In this document: positions 50,302-60,740 of the stretch, in pieces
How the letters are laid out: every line of letters begins with the position of its first letter
How positions within the stretch are numbered: the first letter of the stretch is position 1
Assembly: GCA_963749915.1 (NCBI GenBank)
Contig: CAVVOP010000022.1
Coordinates: forward strand, 128,001-192,000
Origin: an uncultured cyanobacterium
GTDB lineage: Bacteria > Cyanobacteriota > Cyanobacteriia > Cyanobacteriales > Cyanobacteriaceae
Direction: 5' to 3'
DNA length: 64,000 bases
Program-made: the position numbers and the translations under genes
Notes under the pieces: generated by a model
Database searches by the model: none
Seen by the model: the letters and a program-made list of their open reading frames with translations, nothing else
What the model was told of the DNA's origin: nothing

Positions 50302-50461
50302 GACGATGGTAACTTAGTTTACTGGAGTACAAGAATGGGTAAACATCCCGAAATGCCCCTAAAAACAGCAACACTTCTCAAAAAACAATCTGGGAAATGT
50401 CAGCTATGCGGAAATATTTAGGGATGGAGATAACTTAAACATCGACCACATAATTCCAAAT
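50302..50461 (+). pseudogene. Group II intron RT/maturase C-terminal HNH fragment
   Basis: DGNLVYWSTRMGKHPEMP....LLKKQSGKCQLCG, then out of frame FRDGDNLNIDHIIP. Confidence 0.75.
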
Positions 50462-50476
50462 CTTTATACTTCCCAC

Positions 50477-51478
50477 CTAAAATTTCACCTTTTTGAATAC
50501 GTTATGTAAAACATTAGCTGATTCTTGTAATAATCTTTCTTCTTCCTCGCTAAGGTTAAGATTGACGGTTTTTAAGATTCCTTTTTCATTGATAACCCTA
50601 GGAATGCTCAGACAAACATCTTCAATACCATATAAACCACTCATCAAACCGCTAACGGTTAAAATCCGTTCTTGTGAGTTTAAAATGGCCTTGACAATAT
50701 CTGTGGTAGCTAAACCAATGGCATAGGAAGTATAACCTTTTCGTCGAATGATCTCGTAAGCGGCATTTTGTACCTGATAAAATATCTTAGATAGTTTACT
50801 TTGTTCATTCTCCTCCAAGTTTGACCATTTATTCGGTATAATTTTCATACCGCCAACGTTAGCGGTACTCCACACAGGCACTTCACTGTCTCCATGTTCA
50901 CCGATAATGTAGGCGTGAACGCTACGGGCATCAATACCCATTTCCTGGGCAATTAATAAACGAAAACGAGCACTATCTAAAACAGTACCAGAACCAATGA
51001 CTCTTGAGTTGGGAAAACCAGTGATTCTTAAGGTGGCATAAGTCATAATATCCACTGGATTGCTAACCACTAAAATAATGGCATCAGGACAATATTTCAC
51101 TACACCTTTTAAAATGTTTTTGTAAATAGCGATATTCCTCTCAACTAAACTAAGACGACTTTCCCCCTCTTTTTGTGCGACTCCGGCGGTGATGATAACT
51201 ATATCAGCATTTTTGCCGACATCGGCAACAGTTCCGGCTTTCAAATCCGTTGGCGGCAGAAAAGACATCCCGTGAGATAAATCCATTATTTCCCCTTCGA
51301 GTTTATCCGTGGCTATATCTTGCAAAATTAATTCATCAAAACAGTCTTGAATTAACAGAGAATAGGCACAGGCTAAACCCACTTGTCCTAAACCGATTAT
51401 CACTCCTTTACGGGGACGAAGAGATGAAGGTTTTTCGGCACAGGGATTAGGTATTAAAATTTTTTCAAACATATTCAA
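50477..51478 (-). CDS. ldh: L-lactate dehydrogenase
   Basis: GLGQVG, TAGVAQKEGESRL, VSNPVD, LDSARFR, IIGEHGDSE. Confidence 0.92.
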   Translation of the reverse strand: MNMFEKILIPNPCAEKPSSLRPRKGVIIGLGQVGLACAYSLLIQDCFDELILQDIATDKLEGEIMDLSHGMSFLPPTDLKAGTVADVGKNADIVIITAGVAQKEGESRLSLVERNIAIYKNILKGVVKYCPDAIILVVSNPVDIMTYATLRITGFPNSRVIGSGTVLDSARFRLLIAQEMGIDARSVHAYIIGEHGDSEVPVWSTANVGGMKIIPNKWSNLEENEQSKLSKIFYQVQNAAYEIIRRKGYTSYAIGLATTDIVKAILNSQERILTVSGLMSGLYGIEDVCLSIPRVINEKGILKTVNLNLSEEEERLLQESANVLHNVFKKVKF

Positions 51479-51554
51479 AGATTTTTTTAAAGAGTTTAAA
51501 CCATTTTAGTATAAACACAAAAACCATTTTTTCGAGGTTAATTTAAGGTTAAAA

Positions 51555-51962
51555 TTATAAATTTTCCTTAATGATAAGGGGAATTTCTTGAGTTTTTCTC
51601 GTTTGAGCATCGAGGCAAATATGCCTAGTTAAGGCAGTGGCAATTAAAATGTTATCTTTATTAAGATAATAGCTAATTTCAAATATTTTGTTACTAATTA
51701 ATTTTGTATCGATATCGATAATAATTAAATCACCACAAAAAAGAGGTTTAAAGAAGTCTATTTCTGCGTGAATAATGGGGATAGCAATTAAATTACTGCT
51801 AAAAAATTCTTGTAAATTAATTGTTAATGTGGTTAAATATTCTTCATAAGTTTCATGACAAATTGACAATAAATTAGAAAAATAAACGACTCCTGCCGCA
51901 TCAGTATCAGCAAAATATATTTTTCTTTTATAGGTAAATTTATTCATTATTTTATGATTCAA
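51555..51962 (-). CDS. Hotdog thioesterase, likely DHNA-CoA thioesterase
   Basis: FADTDAAGVVYF..LLSICHE.YE. Confidence 0.8.
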   Translation of the reverse strand: MNHKIMNKFTYKRKIYFADTDAAGVVYFSNLLSICHETYEEYLTTLTINLQEFFSSNLIAIPIIHAEIDFFKPLFCGDLIIIDIDTKLISNKIFEISYYLNKDNILIATALTRHICLDAQTRKTQEIPLIIKENL

Positions 51963-52063
51963 ATAGGATGACTAGTGTTAACCTCTTCCGATTATTAATT
52001 AGAATAGGCAATTGATTTTAAGGTAAATTAGTTTTAACGTTCAGATTTTATTGAGTTAATCCG

Positions 52064-54019
52064 GTGCAAGTATTTAAGGAAATTATCGCAGGTTGGTGGT
52101 CAGAATTCACCCTCCAAACTAAATTAATGGCGATCGCCACTCTAGTGGTATCGTTAGTGATGAGTAGTTTGACTTTTTGGGCGGTTAACTCGATTCAACA
52201 AGATGCTCAAGTCAATGATACTCGTTTCGGACGGGACTTAGGCTTACTTTTAGCCAGTAATGTGGCACCTCTGGTTGCCGAAGATGACTTAACACAAGTC
52301 GCACAGTTTTCCGGACGTTTTTTCAAAAGTACATCAAGTGTTAGATATATTATTTATGCCAATAAGGAAGGGGATATTTTTTTCGGGATTCCCTTTTCTC
52401 AAGATGAGGTCAAAAATTCCCTGACTATTCAAAGAAAATTAGAGTTACCTGAAGACTATCAACCTGATGTCAAAACCCCCGTAATTAGACAACATTTAAC
52501 CCCAGACGGGAAGGTAACAGATGTTTTTGTGCCTTTATCTTTAAATAATCAGTATTTGGGGGTGTTAGCTATTGGCATTAACCCAAATCCCACCGTTGTC
52601 GCTTCCTCTAACCTTACCAGAGATGTTACCATTGCGGTTTTTATCTCCATTTGGGCAATGGTGATTTTAGGAGGTGTATTCAATGCTTTAACTATCACTC
52701 AACCCATCAAAGAATTATTGTTAGGAGTGAAAAATATCGCCACAGGAAACTTTAAGCAAAGAATTGATTTACCCCTTGGCGGTGAATTGGGAGAACTGAT
52801 TTTAAGTTTTAATGATATGGCGGAAAGATTAGAGAAATTTGAAGAACAAAATATCGAAGAATTAACGGCAGAAAAAGCTAAACTTGAAACTCTTGTTTCT
52901 ACTATCGCCGATGGTGCAATTTTATTGGATTCACAACTCAAATTAATATTAGTAAATCCTGCTGCTAGGAGAATGTTTAATTGGGAAGAAACCCATATTG
53001 TCGGTGAGGATTTACTGGAATATTTACCCCCAGAAGTAACGAAACAATTGCAACAACCTCTTACCCACATTTCTCAGGGGGAACATACGGAAGACGAAAA
53101 ATATCATCATAGTATTTTAGCCACAAGGGGCGAATTTACTATTAGTTTAAATCCACCCCATCAACATACTTTTAGAATTTTGTTGACTCAGGTATTAGAC
53201 CAAAATCGAGAAAACATAAAAGGAATTGTGATGACTGTACAAGATATCACAAAAGAAGCAGAATTAAATGAGGCGAAAAGTCAATTTATTAGTAATGTTT
53301 CCCATGAATTAAGGACACCTTTATTTAACATTAAATCTTTTATTGAAACTCTTCTTGAATATGGTGATGACTTAACGGAAGCAGAAAAATTAGAGTTTTT
53401 ACAAACGGCTAATAATGAAACCGATCGCCTAACTCGCTTAGTAAACGATGTATTGGATTTATCTCGTTTAGAATCCTCCCGCAGTTATGAATTTACCCCC
53501 TTAGATTTGGCACAACCTATAGAACAAACTTTAAGAACTTATCAGTTGAATGCTAAAGATAAAAATATTCGATTAATCCAAGATATAGAGCCTTTTTTAC
53601 CGCCCATTTGGGGACATTATGATCTACTTTTGCAGGTATTTACTAATTTAGTTGGTAACGCTCTTAAATTTACCTTAGAAGAAGGCACTGTAACCATTAA
53701 GGCTTATGCTGTAAGAGCCAATCCCGAAAACCCCTCGGAATATTCTCATGTCAGGGTAGAAATCACTGATACAGGAATAGGTATTGCCCCAGAAGACCAA
53801 GAAGCTATATTTGATCGCTTTTTCCGAGTAGAAAACAGAGTACATACCCTAGAAGGCACGGGCTTGGGCTTATCTATTGTGAAAAATATTGCCGATAAAC
53901 ATAATAGTCGAATCCATTTAGTTAGTGAAGAAGGAGTCGGTACAACTTTTTGGTTCGACTTACAAATATATCAAGAAAAAAAAGTGGGCTATCAACTTAA
54001 GGCGGGACAAACTGGTTGA
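52064..54019 (+). CDS. hik33: Sensor histidine kinase Hik33/NblS/DspA
   Basis: WWSEFTLQTKLMA, two TMs, HAMP, PAS, SHELRTPLFNIKS, ENRVHTLEGTGLGL. Confidence 0.93.
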   Translation: MQVFKEIIAGWWSEFTLQTKLMAIATLVVSLVMSSLTFWAVNSIQQDAQVNDTRFGRDLGLLLASNVAPLVAEDDLTQVAQFSGRFFKSTSSVRYIIYANKEGDIFFGIPFSQDEVKNSLTIQRKLELPEDYQPDVKTPVIRQHLTPDGKVTDVFVPLSLNNQYLGVLAIGINPNPTVVASSNLTRDVTIAVFISIWAMVILGGVFNALTITQPIKELLLGVKNIATGNFKQRIDLPLGGELGELILSFNDMAERLEKFEEQNIEELTAEKAKLETLVSTIADGAILLDSQLKLILVNPAARRMFNWEETHIVGEDLLEYLPPEVTKQLQQPLTHISQGEHTEDEKYHHSILATRGEFTISLNPPHQHTFRILLTQVLDQNRENIKGIVMTVQDITKEAELNEAKSQFISNVSHELRTPLFNIKSFIETLLEYGDDLTEAEKLEFLQTANNETDRLTRLVNDVLDLSRLESSRSYEFTPLDLAQPIEQTLRTYQLNAKDKNIRLIQDIEPFLPPIWGHYDLLLQVFTNLVGNALKFTLEEGTVTIKAYAVRANPENPSEYSHVRVEITDTGIGIAPEDQEAIFDRFFRVENRVHTLEGTGLGLSIVKNIADKHNSRIHLVSEEGVGTTFWFDLQIYQEKKVGYQLKAGQTG

Positions 54020-54023
54020 GACA

Positions 54024-54050
54024 AGGTATTAGGTATTAGGTATTAGGTAT
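54024..54050. repeat. Heptamer tandem repeat (AGGTATT)n
   Basis: AGGTATTAGGTATTAGGTATTAGGTAT. Confidence 0.8.
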
Positions 54051-54248
54051 ACCGAAAATGTCCCGGTTTAAATCAGTAGCCAAAAAGTGAAAACAAGGGA
54101 TTATGAATTGCACAAGTAAATTTTTTTTATTCTGAAGCCTTTATTATTTTGTTGCTTTATTGTTAATTGCTCATTTTTAAATGATTTGAACCTTTTTTGT
54201 CTATTAGTCGTCTAAAGACATTACTACAGCAAAAGATAAAGATGATGA

Positions 54249-54842
54249 ATGTCAAGAGCAAATAGTAATGTCGAGATTGCTGATTTGGAGTTAGTACGAA
54301 AATGCCAAAAAGGCGACGGAAATTCATTTCGTTTACTTTACCAACGTTATCAACACAAAGTTAGGGCTACTTTATATAAATTATGCGGTAGCGAATTACT
54401 AGATGATTTACAACAGGAGGTATTTTTAAAAATATGGAAAGCATTGCCTAAATTACGGGAACCACAATATTTTTCTACTTGGCTTTATCGTATCTGTTGG
54501 AATGTGGCTTCAGATCATAGTTTGGCTCGAAAGCGCGATCACCATCGCCAAAAAGTGCAAATAGATCAAATGAAACAATCTTTAAGAACAGATTTAGCTA
54601 AATCAACAAATCATGGTCAAACGGGTTTATTGCAGTTGCATTATCAAGAATTGATACAGTCGGCATTGCAAAACCTTAATCTTGAACATCGTGCCGTAAT
54701 CGTCTTGCATGATTTACAGGATATGCAACACAAGGATGTAGCCGAAATTTTGTCTATTCCTGTGGGTACGGTTAAATCGAGATTATTCAACGCACGAAAA
54801 AGTTTACGTCAATTTCTCGAACAAAAAGGAGTTAATTTATGA
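54249..54842 (+). CDS. ECF sigma factor (SigH-like)
   Basis: DLQQEVFLKIW, FSTWLYRI, IPVGTVKSRLFNAR. Confidence 0.88.
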   Translation: MSRANSNVEIADLELVRKCQKGDGNSFRLLYQRYQHKVRATLYKLCGSELLDDLQQEVFLKIWKALPKLREPQYFSTWLYRICWNVASDHSLARKRDHHRQKVQIDQMKQSLRTDLAKSTNHGQTGLLQLHYQELIQSALQNLNLEHRAVIVLHDLQDMQHKDVAEILSIPVGTVKSRLFNARKSLRQFLEQKGVNL

Positions 54843-55246
54843 GCAAAACTACTTCCAATAATCGATTTGACGATGAATTAGTAGGTTTTTTAAAAACTTA
54901 TTGCCCAGAAACTCCCCCAGAAACCAAACCTTGCGAGGAGTTGGTTATGAGGGCGATCTCCCAGGGATCTGCTATGGAGTCTGCACCGTGCCACTGTGTG
55001 ATCACCCCTGGGTCAAATCATTGGCGAAAAACGTTTCCTAAAATTGGTGTTGGTTGGTTATTACCCGGTACTCTAATAACGACGTTGTTGATTATCGGCA
55101 GTTATTTTTTCAACATGAATAGCAAACCTGTCCCCCAAATCGCTTCCGAAACCGAAGACTTAGAACCCTTTTTGGTTAACAGTTGGTATGGTTCGATGGC
55201 ACAAGAGTCAGAATTTAATTTAGTCACCGTCAATGATGAATTTTAA
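54839..55246 (+). CDS. Putative anti-sigma membrane protein
   Basis: Overlaps the sigma stop (ATGA); single TM segment. Confidence 0.65.
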   Translation: MSKTTSNNRFDDELVGFLKTYCPETPPETKPCEELVMRAISQGSAMESAPCHCVITPGSNHWRKTFPKIGVGWLLPGTLITTLLIIGSYFFNMNSKPVPQIASETEDLEPFLVNSWYGSMAQESEFNLVTVNDEF

Positions 55247-55300
55247 AAATTATTCTGTCTTTTTTTATCAATTTCTAAAATCTTAGGAGAAAATCACATT

Positions 55301-55786
55301 ATGAAACATACAATTAATTACGCTTTGATTTTTGCAACTATAACCACTATGGGTATTAGTTTCCATGCCGTAGCTTTGCCCAATCCCGTCATCAATTCCA
55401 CCATCAAAATCACTCAAAATACCCCTTCTCTGAAACAAAGATGGGAAAATAAAGGTGATAAATTAATGGAAAAACTTAATCTTAGTGCTGAACAACAACA
55501 ACAAATAGAATCAATTCGCAGTAAATATCAGCCAGAAATTGACAATGTGAAAGAACAAATGCAATCAGAAAGAGAGAAAATGTCGGCAATGATGAAAAAT
55601 AATGAATCTCAAGATAACTTGCGATCGCAACATCAAGAAATAGTAGCTTTACAGCAAAAAATGAATAACTTGCGCTTTGAGAGTCTGTTAGAGACAAGAG
55701 AAGTGTTAACCTTAGAACAACGTCAACAATTTTCACAGATGATGAGTGAAAGAAGCTCTAACTGGAGAGGAAAAAAGAAAGAATAA
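55301..55786 (+). CDS. Spy/CpxP family periplasmic chaperone
   Basis: Signal peptide, LNLSAEQQQQI, VLTLEQRQQF. Confidence 0.85.
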   Translation: MKHTINYALIFATITTMGISFHAVALPNPVINSTIKITQNTPSLKQRWENKGDKLMEKLNLSAEQQQQIESIRSKYQPEIDNVKEQMQSEREKMSAMMKNNESQDNLRSQHQEIVALQQKMNNLRFESLLETREVLTLEQRQQFSQMMSERSSNWRGKKKE

Positions 55787-55888
55787 ACACTAATGATAAA
55801 AAATATCCCAATATTGAACCATAATGAGTTAAGATTCTTAACAAAGAAAATTTTAAATTAAATAAAAAAAAGATAGAGGAGGATATTT

Positions 55889-56968
55889 ATGGCTTTAGTC
55901 CCCATGAGGCTATTATTAGACCACGCAGCAGAACACGATTATGGTATTCCTGCATTTAACGTTAACAACTTAGAGCAAATTCTGTCCATTATGGGTGCGG
56001 CTAACGAAACCGATAGCCCTGTTATCTTACAAGCATCTCGTGGTGCTCGTAGTTACGCGGGAGAAAATTTCCTCCGTCACCTTATCTTAGCGGCGGCTGA
56101 AACTTACCCCCATATCCCCATCGCTATGCACCAAGATCATGGTAATAGTCCTGCAACCTGTTATTCCGCCATTCGTAACGGTTTTACCAGCGTTATGATG
56201 GATGGTTCTTTACAAGAAGACGCAAAAACCCCAGCAACTTTTGAATATAACGTTAACGTTACCGCAGAAGTAGTTAAAGTAGCTCACTCTGTAGGTGCTA
56301 GTGTGGAAGGTGAACTGGGCTGTTTAGGTTCTCTCGAAACTGGTATGGGTGAAGCAGAAGACGGTCACGGTTTTGAAGGCAAACTCGATCATTCTCAGCT
56401 TTTAACTGATCCTGATGAAGCAGTAGAATTTGTCGAAAGAACTCAAGTTGACGCTTTAGCGGTTGCCATCGGTACCAGTCACGGTGCTTATAAATTTACC
56501 CGTAAACCTACTGGCGAAATTCTTGCTATTAGTCGCATTGAAGAAATCCACGCTAAATTACCTAATACTCATTTAGTAATGCACGGGTCTTCTTCTGTAC
56601 CTCAAGAATGGTTGGATATGATCAACAAATATGGTGGTAACATTCCTGAAACCTACGGAGTACCAGTGGAAGAAATTCAAAAGGGTATTAAGAGTGGTGT
56701 TCGTAAAGTTAACATTGACACCGACAACCGTTTAGCCATTACTGCTGCCATCCGTGAAGCGGCGTTCAAAGATCCTTCTAACTTCGATCCTCGTCACTTC
56801 TTGAAACCCTCTATCAAATACATGAAGCAAGTATGTTTAGAGCGTTATCAACAATTTTGGACTGCTGGAAATGCAAGTAAAATTAAACAAGTAAGTCTTG
56901 ATGATTTTGCCGCTAAATATGCTAAAGGTGAATTAAGTTCTACCAGCAGAAAAACCGTAGCTGTATAG
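55889..56968 (+). CDS. fbaA: Class II fructose-bisphosphate aldolase
   Basis: [39 protein letters not shown]. Confidence 0.96.
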   Translation: MALVPMRLLLDHAAEHDYGIPAFNVNNLEQILSIMGAANETDSPVILQASRGARSYAGENFLRHLILAAAETYPHIPIAMHQDHGNSPATCYSAIRNGFTSVMMDGSLQEDAKTPATFEYNVNVTAEVVKVAHSVGASVEGELGCLGSLETGMGEAEDGHGFEGKLDHSQLLTDPDEAVEFVERTQVDALAVAIGTSHGAYKFTRKPTGEILAISRIEEIHAKLPNTHLVMHGSSSVPQEWLDMINKYGGNIPETYGVPVEEIQKGIKSGVRKVNIDTDNRLAITAAIREAAFKDPSNFDPRHFLKPSIKYMKQVCLERYQQFWTAGNASKIKQVSLDDFAAKYAKGELSSTSRKTVAV

Positions 56969-56993
56969 TTCATAAATTTTCTACGTCCTAAAG

Positions 56994-57015
56994 CCCTACC
57001 TCTAAAAAGGTAGGG
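56994..57015. terminator. Hairpin between convergent fbaA and queE
   Basis: CCCTACCT-CTAAAA-AGGTAGGG followed by TTGTTTT. Confidence 0.7.
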
Positions 57016-57020
57016 TTGTT

Positions 57021-57659
57021 TTATCTAATTCCCATAAATTTATGAGTTTGTAGACTCAAACGCCATTGAGGATGATGGAGAATATAATTAAAAATTAACT
57101 CTTGACTATCAGGATTTTCCCACTGGGGTTGTAAATATTTAGGGATGTGAATAGGGATTTTTTCTGCTTCAGATTCTGCCCAAATTAAATCATTTTGATC
57201 ATCAATTACTACTTTTAATTCACTGGCATGATCATAAATACTTTCGTGGGGTTTTTTATAGGGTTTAGGGGAAAAAGTTACCCAATCAAACTCTCCAGAA
57301 AAAACATGAGACCCGGAAGTTTCTAAATGAGTTTTATAACTCAAATTTTTCAGGATTTTTGTTAGGGGAAAAAGATCATGTAATAAAGGTTCACCACCGG
57401 TGATAATAATATGTTTAGTATTAATATTAGTTAGCTCATTCTTAATATTTTCTAATGTGAACAAAGGATATTTTTTCATTGACCAAGTTTCTTTTTGATC
57501 ACACCAAGGGCAAAACACATTACAGCCCGCCAAACGAATAAAAAAGGAATTCTCGCCGCTCCAAAAACCCTCCCCTTGTATAGAATGAAACATTTCAACA
57601 ATGGGATACTTATAATCTGAATCTACTTTATCCTCGGTTTTATTATTAACTAATAACAT
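57021..57659 (-). CDS. queE: 7-carboxy-7-deazaguanine synthase (radical SAM)
   Basis: SIQGEG, RLAGCNVFCPWCD, ITGGEPL, LSLQTHK. Confidence 0.92.
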   Translation of the reverse strand: MLLVNNKTEDKVDSDYKYPIVEMFHSIQGEGFWSGENSFFIRLAGCNVFCPWCDQKETWSMKKYPLFTLENIKNELTNINTKHIIITGGEPLLHDLFPLTKILKNLSYKTHLETSGSHVFSGEFDWVTFSPKPYKKPHESIYDHASELKVVIDDQNDLIWAESEAEKIPIHIPKYLQPQWENPDSQELIFNYILHHPQWRLSLQTHKFMGIR

Positions 57660-57773
57660 TTATATTTAAATTTCCTGTGTTCTCATTATAGGCTAGACTA
57701 TGGCTCTTCGAGAGTAGTTATCTTCTCATTGTCTTAATTAAAAAGGTGAGCATTTAGCCCACCCTAAAGTTAA

Positions 57774-60386
57774 TTATTTAGCACCCACGGGCATACCTAA
57801 AATATCCTCAATTTTCGGCATATCTTCTAACGCTATAACTCTACCCTCATCTTCAAAATTGTCAATTTCATTGAAGTTCAAGTAACGGTATAACTCGCCT
57901 TTAAATGGATCGATTTTCTCTTTGACGATGGTCATATACTCTTCCACAGTAGGTATTTTACCTAGTAAAGCACATACTGCCGCTAACTCAGCCGAACCAA
58001 GATAAACCCTCGCACCTTTACCCATGCGGTTATTAAAGTTACGGGTAGAAGTAGAGAATACCGTGGCATTATCTTCTACACGGGCTTGATTACCCATACA
58101 GAGCGAACATCCCGGCATTTCAGTTCTCGCACCAGAAGCGGCAAAGATACCATATACTCCTTCTTCTCGTAATTGTCGTTCATCCATGCGAGTGGGAGGA
58201 CAAACCCATAAACGCCCTTTGACAGTACCTGCACCCTCAAGGATTTTCGCCGCCGCACGGTAATGTCCGATATTAGTCATACAAGAACCGATAAAAACTT
58301 CATCTACCTTATCACCAGCACATTCACTCATAAGTTTAACATTATCTGGATCGTTAGGTGCGGCTACAATAGGTTCTTTGATTTCACTTAAGTTAACTTC
58401 GATCCTATCTACATATTCCGCATCTTCATCCGCAGACATTAGAGAAGGATTTGCTAACCATTCTTCCATCTTAGCAATACGACGCAAGAGAGTACGAGCG
58501 TCTTGATAACCTCTAGCAATCATATTCTTCATCAAGACAACATTAGAGCGAAGATACTCAGCCACGGTTTCCTCACTTAACTTAATAGTACTACCAGAAC
58601 AAGATCTTTCTGCAGTAGCGTCAGTTAATTCAAATGCCTGTTCGACTTTTAAATCAGGTAAACCTTCCATCTCCATGATACGACCATTGAAGACATTGAT
58701 TTTATCCCCTTCACCGTAAGTCAACTTACCTTCTTGCATCGCTACCCAGGGAATGGCATTGACAATATCTCTCAAGGTTACACCAGGCTGTAATTTACCA
58801 GTGAACTTAACTAACACCGACTCAGGCATATCTAAAGGCATCGCCCCTAAAGCCGCCGCAAAAGCCACTAATCCAGAACCTGCGGGGAAGGAAATACCGA
58901 GGGGGAAACGGGTATGAGAGTCACCACCTGTACCTACTGTATCAGGTAATAACATTCTATTGAGCCATGAGTGGATAATACCATCACCAGGACGTAAAGC
59001 CACACCGCCACGGGTAGAGAAAAAATCAGGTAATTCGTGATGAGTTTTGATGTCTACTGGTTTGGGATAAGCAGCGGTATGACAGAAAGTTTGTAAGGTT
59101 AAGTCGGCATGGAAACCTAAACAAGCTAATTCTTTTAATTCATCACGAGTCATTGGTCCTGTGGTATCCTGAGAACCAACGGTAGTCATGATCGGTTCAC
59201 AAGAAGTACCAGGACGAATACCTTCCACACCACAAGCTTTACCGACCATTTTTTGAGCTAAGGTAAACCCTTTACCCGTATCTTCACCAGTACCTGGACG
59301 GACAAATAGTTCACTAGGAGGTAAGTTCAATGCTTGACGAGTTTTATCGGTTAAAGCACGTCCAATTAACAGAGGAATTCTTCCCCCTGCTCTAACTTCG
59401 TCTAAAACGGTGTCGGGTTTTAGCTCAAAGGTAGAAATGGTTTCACCACTTTCGTTAGTGATTTTTCCTTCGTAGGGATAGATAGTTATAACATCTCCTG
59501 TGTTCATTTGATTGACATCACATTCGATGGGTAACGCACCAGAATCTTCGGCTGTATTGAAGAAGATAGGAGCGATTTTACCGCCTAAAACGTATCCGCC
59601 AGCTTTTTTATTAGGAACATAAGGAATTTCTTCTCCTAGATGCCATAAAACGGAGTTGATAGCGGATTTACGAGAGGATCCAGTCCCGACAACATCCCCA
59701 ACGTAAGCTACGGGATATCCTTTTTCTTTTAATTTAGCGATCGTCTCTAAGCCTTCAGGCATTCTAGATTCTAGCATTGCTAGAGCGTGGAGAGGAATAT
59801 CAGGGCGAGTCGTGGCATGAGGAGCGGGAGATAAGTCGTCGGTGTTGGTTTCTCCTTCCACTTTAAATACTGTTACTGTAATAGTTTCAGGGACTTTAGG
59901 TTTACTGATAAACCAGGTTGCATTTGCCCAAGCATCGATAACTTGTTTAGCGTAGGGATTAGTCTCTGATAGCTCTAAGACATTGTTGAAAGCATCAAAG
60001 ACTAATAAGGTTTTACTTAAGGCTATCGCTGCTTCTGAGGCAACATTACTGTCTTTTGATTTGAGTAATTTAACTAATGATTGAACATTATAACCACCCA
60101 TCATCGTACCAAGTAAGCTTACTGCACCTTGACGAGAAATCAGCGGGCATTCAATTTCACCCTTAGCTACACCTGTTAAAAACCCTGCCTTAACATAGGA
60201 TGCTTCGTCAACTCCGGGGGGTATTCTATCCCGAAGTAACATCATTAATTCTTCTTTCAATGCTTCAGGAGGATTCTTTAACATTTCGCATAGATGCGAT
60301 GTTTGCTCGGCATTTAAGGGCAAGGGGGGAATACCTAATTTTGCTCTTTCTTCTACGTGCTGATGATATTCGTCTAACCAAGTCAT
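57774..60386 (-). CDS. acnB: Aconitate hydratase B
   Basis: [42 protein letters not shown]. Confidence 0.97.
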   Translation of the reverse strand: MTWLDEYHQHVEERAKLGIPPLPLNAEQTSHLCEMLKNPPEALKEELMMLLRDRIPPGVDEASYVKAGFLTGVAKGEIECPLISRQGAVSLLGTMMGGYNVQSLVKLLKSKDSNVASEAAIALSKTLLVFDAFNNVLELSETNPYAKQVIDAWANATWFISKPKVPETITVTVFKVEGETNTDDLSPAPHATTRPDIPLHALAMLESRMPEGLETIAKLKEKGYPVAYVGDVVGTGSSRKSAINSVLWHLGEEIPYVPNKKAGGYVLGGKIAPIFFNTAEDSGALPIECDVNQMNTGDVITIYPYEGKITNESGETISTFELKPDTVLDEVRAGGRIPLLIGRALTDKTRQALNLPPSELFVRPGTGEDTGKGFTLAQKMVGKACGVEGIRPGTSCEPIMTTVGSQDTTGPMTRDELKELACLGFHADLTLQTFCHTAAYPKPVDIKTHHELPDFFSTRGGVALRPGDGIIHSWLNRMLLPDTVGTGGDSHTRFPLGISFPAGSGLVAFAAALGAMPLDMPESVLVKFTGKLQPGVTLRDIVNAIPWVAMQEGKLTYGEGDKINVFNGRIMEMEGLPDLKVEQAFELTDATAERSCSGSTIKLSEETVAEYLRSNVVLMKNMIARGYQDARTLLRRIAKMEEWLANPSLMSADEDAEYVDRIEVNLSEIKEPIVAAPNDPDNVKLMSECAGDKVDEVFIGSCMTNIGHYRAAAKILEGAGTVKGRLWVCPPTRMDERQLREEGVYGIFAASGARTEMPGCSLCMGNQARVEDNATVFSTSTRNFNNRMGKGARVYLGSAELAAVCALLGKIPTVEEYMTIVKEKIDPFKGELYRYLNFNEIDNFEDEGRVIALEDMPKIEDILGMPVGAK

Positions 60387-60545
60387 ATTGTATTTCCTGC
60401 TATATCTTTACATTTATTTAACTATTTTAAGCATATCAAGGTGATTCAGTTTTGTATCATTTGTATCGACTTTATTAGGGGCGATCGCTTTTTGAGAGGT
60501 GGTGGAGTTGCAATACTGCGAGGGATAGCGGTCAAACTTTATGAG

Positions 60546-60707
60546 ATGAGAAGTGTGGGGAGTATGGTCGGTGTGGGAAGTGTGGGAAGTATGGGATTTT
60601 TCTTCCCTCTCTTCCCCCTCTTCCCTTTCTTCCCCCTCTTGCAAGTCTCACCTTCGCCCAAATATTAAAAACCTACACCCGAAAGCTTCCCCCTCTTCCC
60701 TATCCTT
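60546..60707. repeat. Dispersed 9-mer tandem element, copy 3 (longest)
   Basis: Has both the AAGTCTCACCTTCGCCCAAATATTAAAAACCTACACCC tail of copy 1 and the CTTCCCTATCCTT tail of copy 2. Confidence 0.85.
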
Positions 60708-60740
60708 TCCCTCTGCTTTTGCCTGTTCCCTGTTCTCTAT

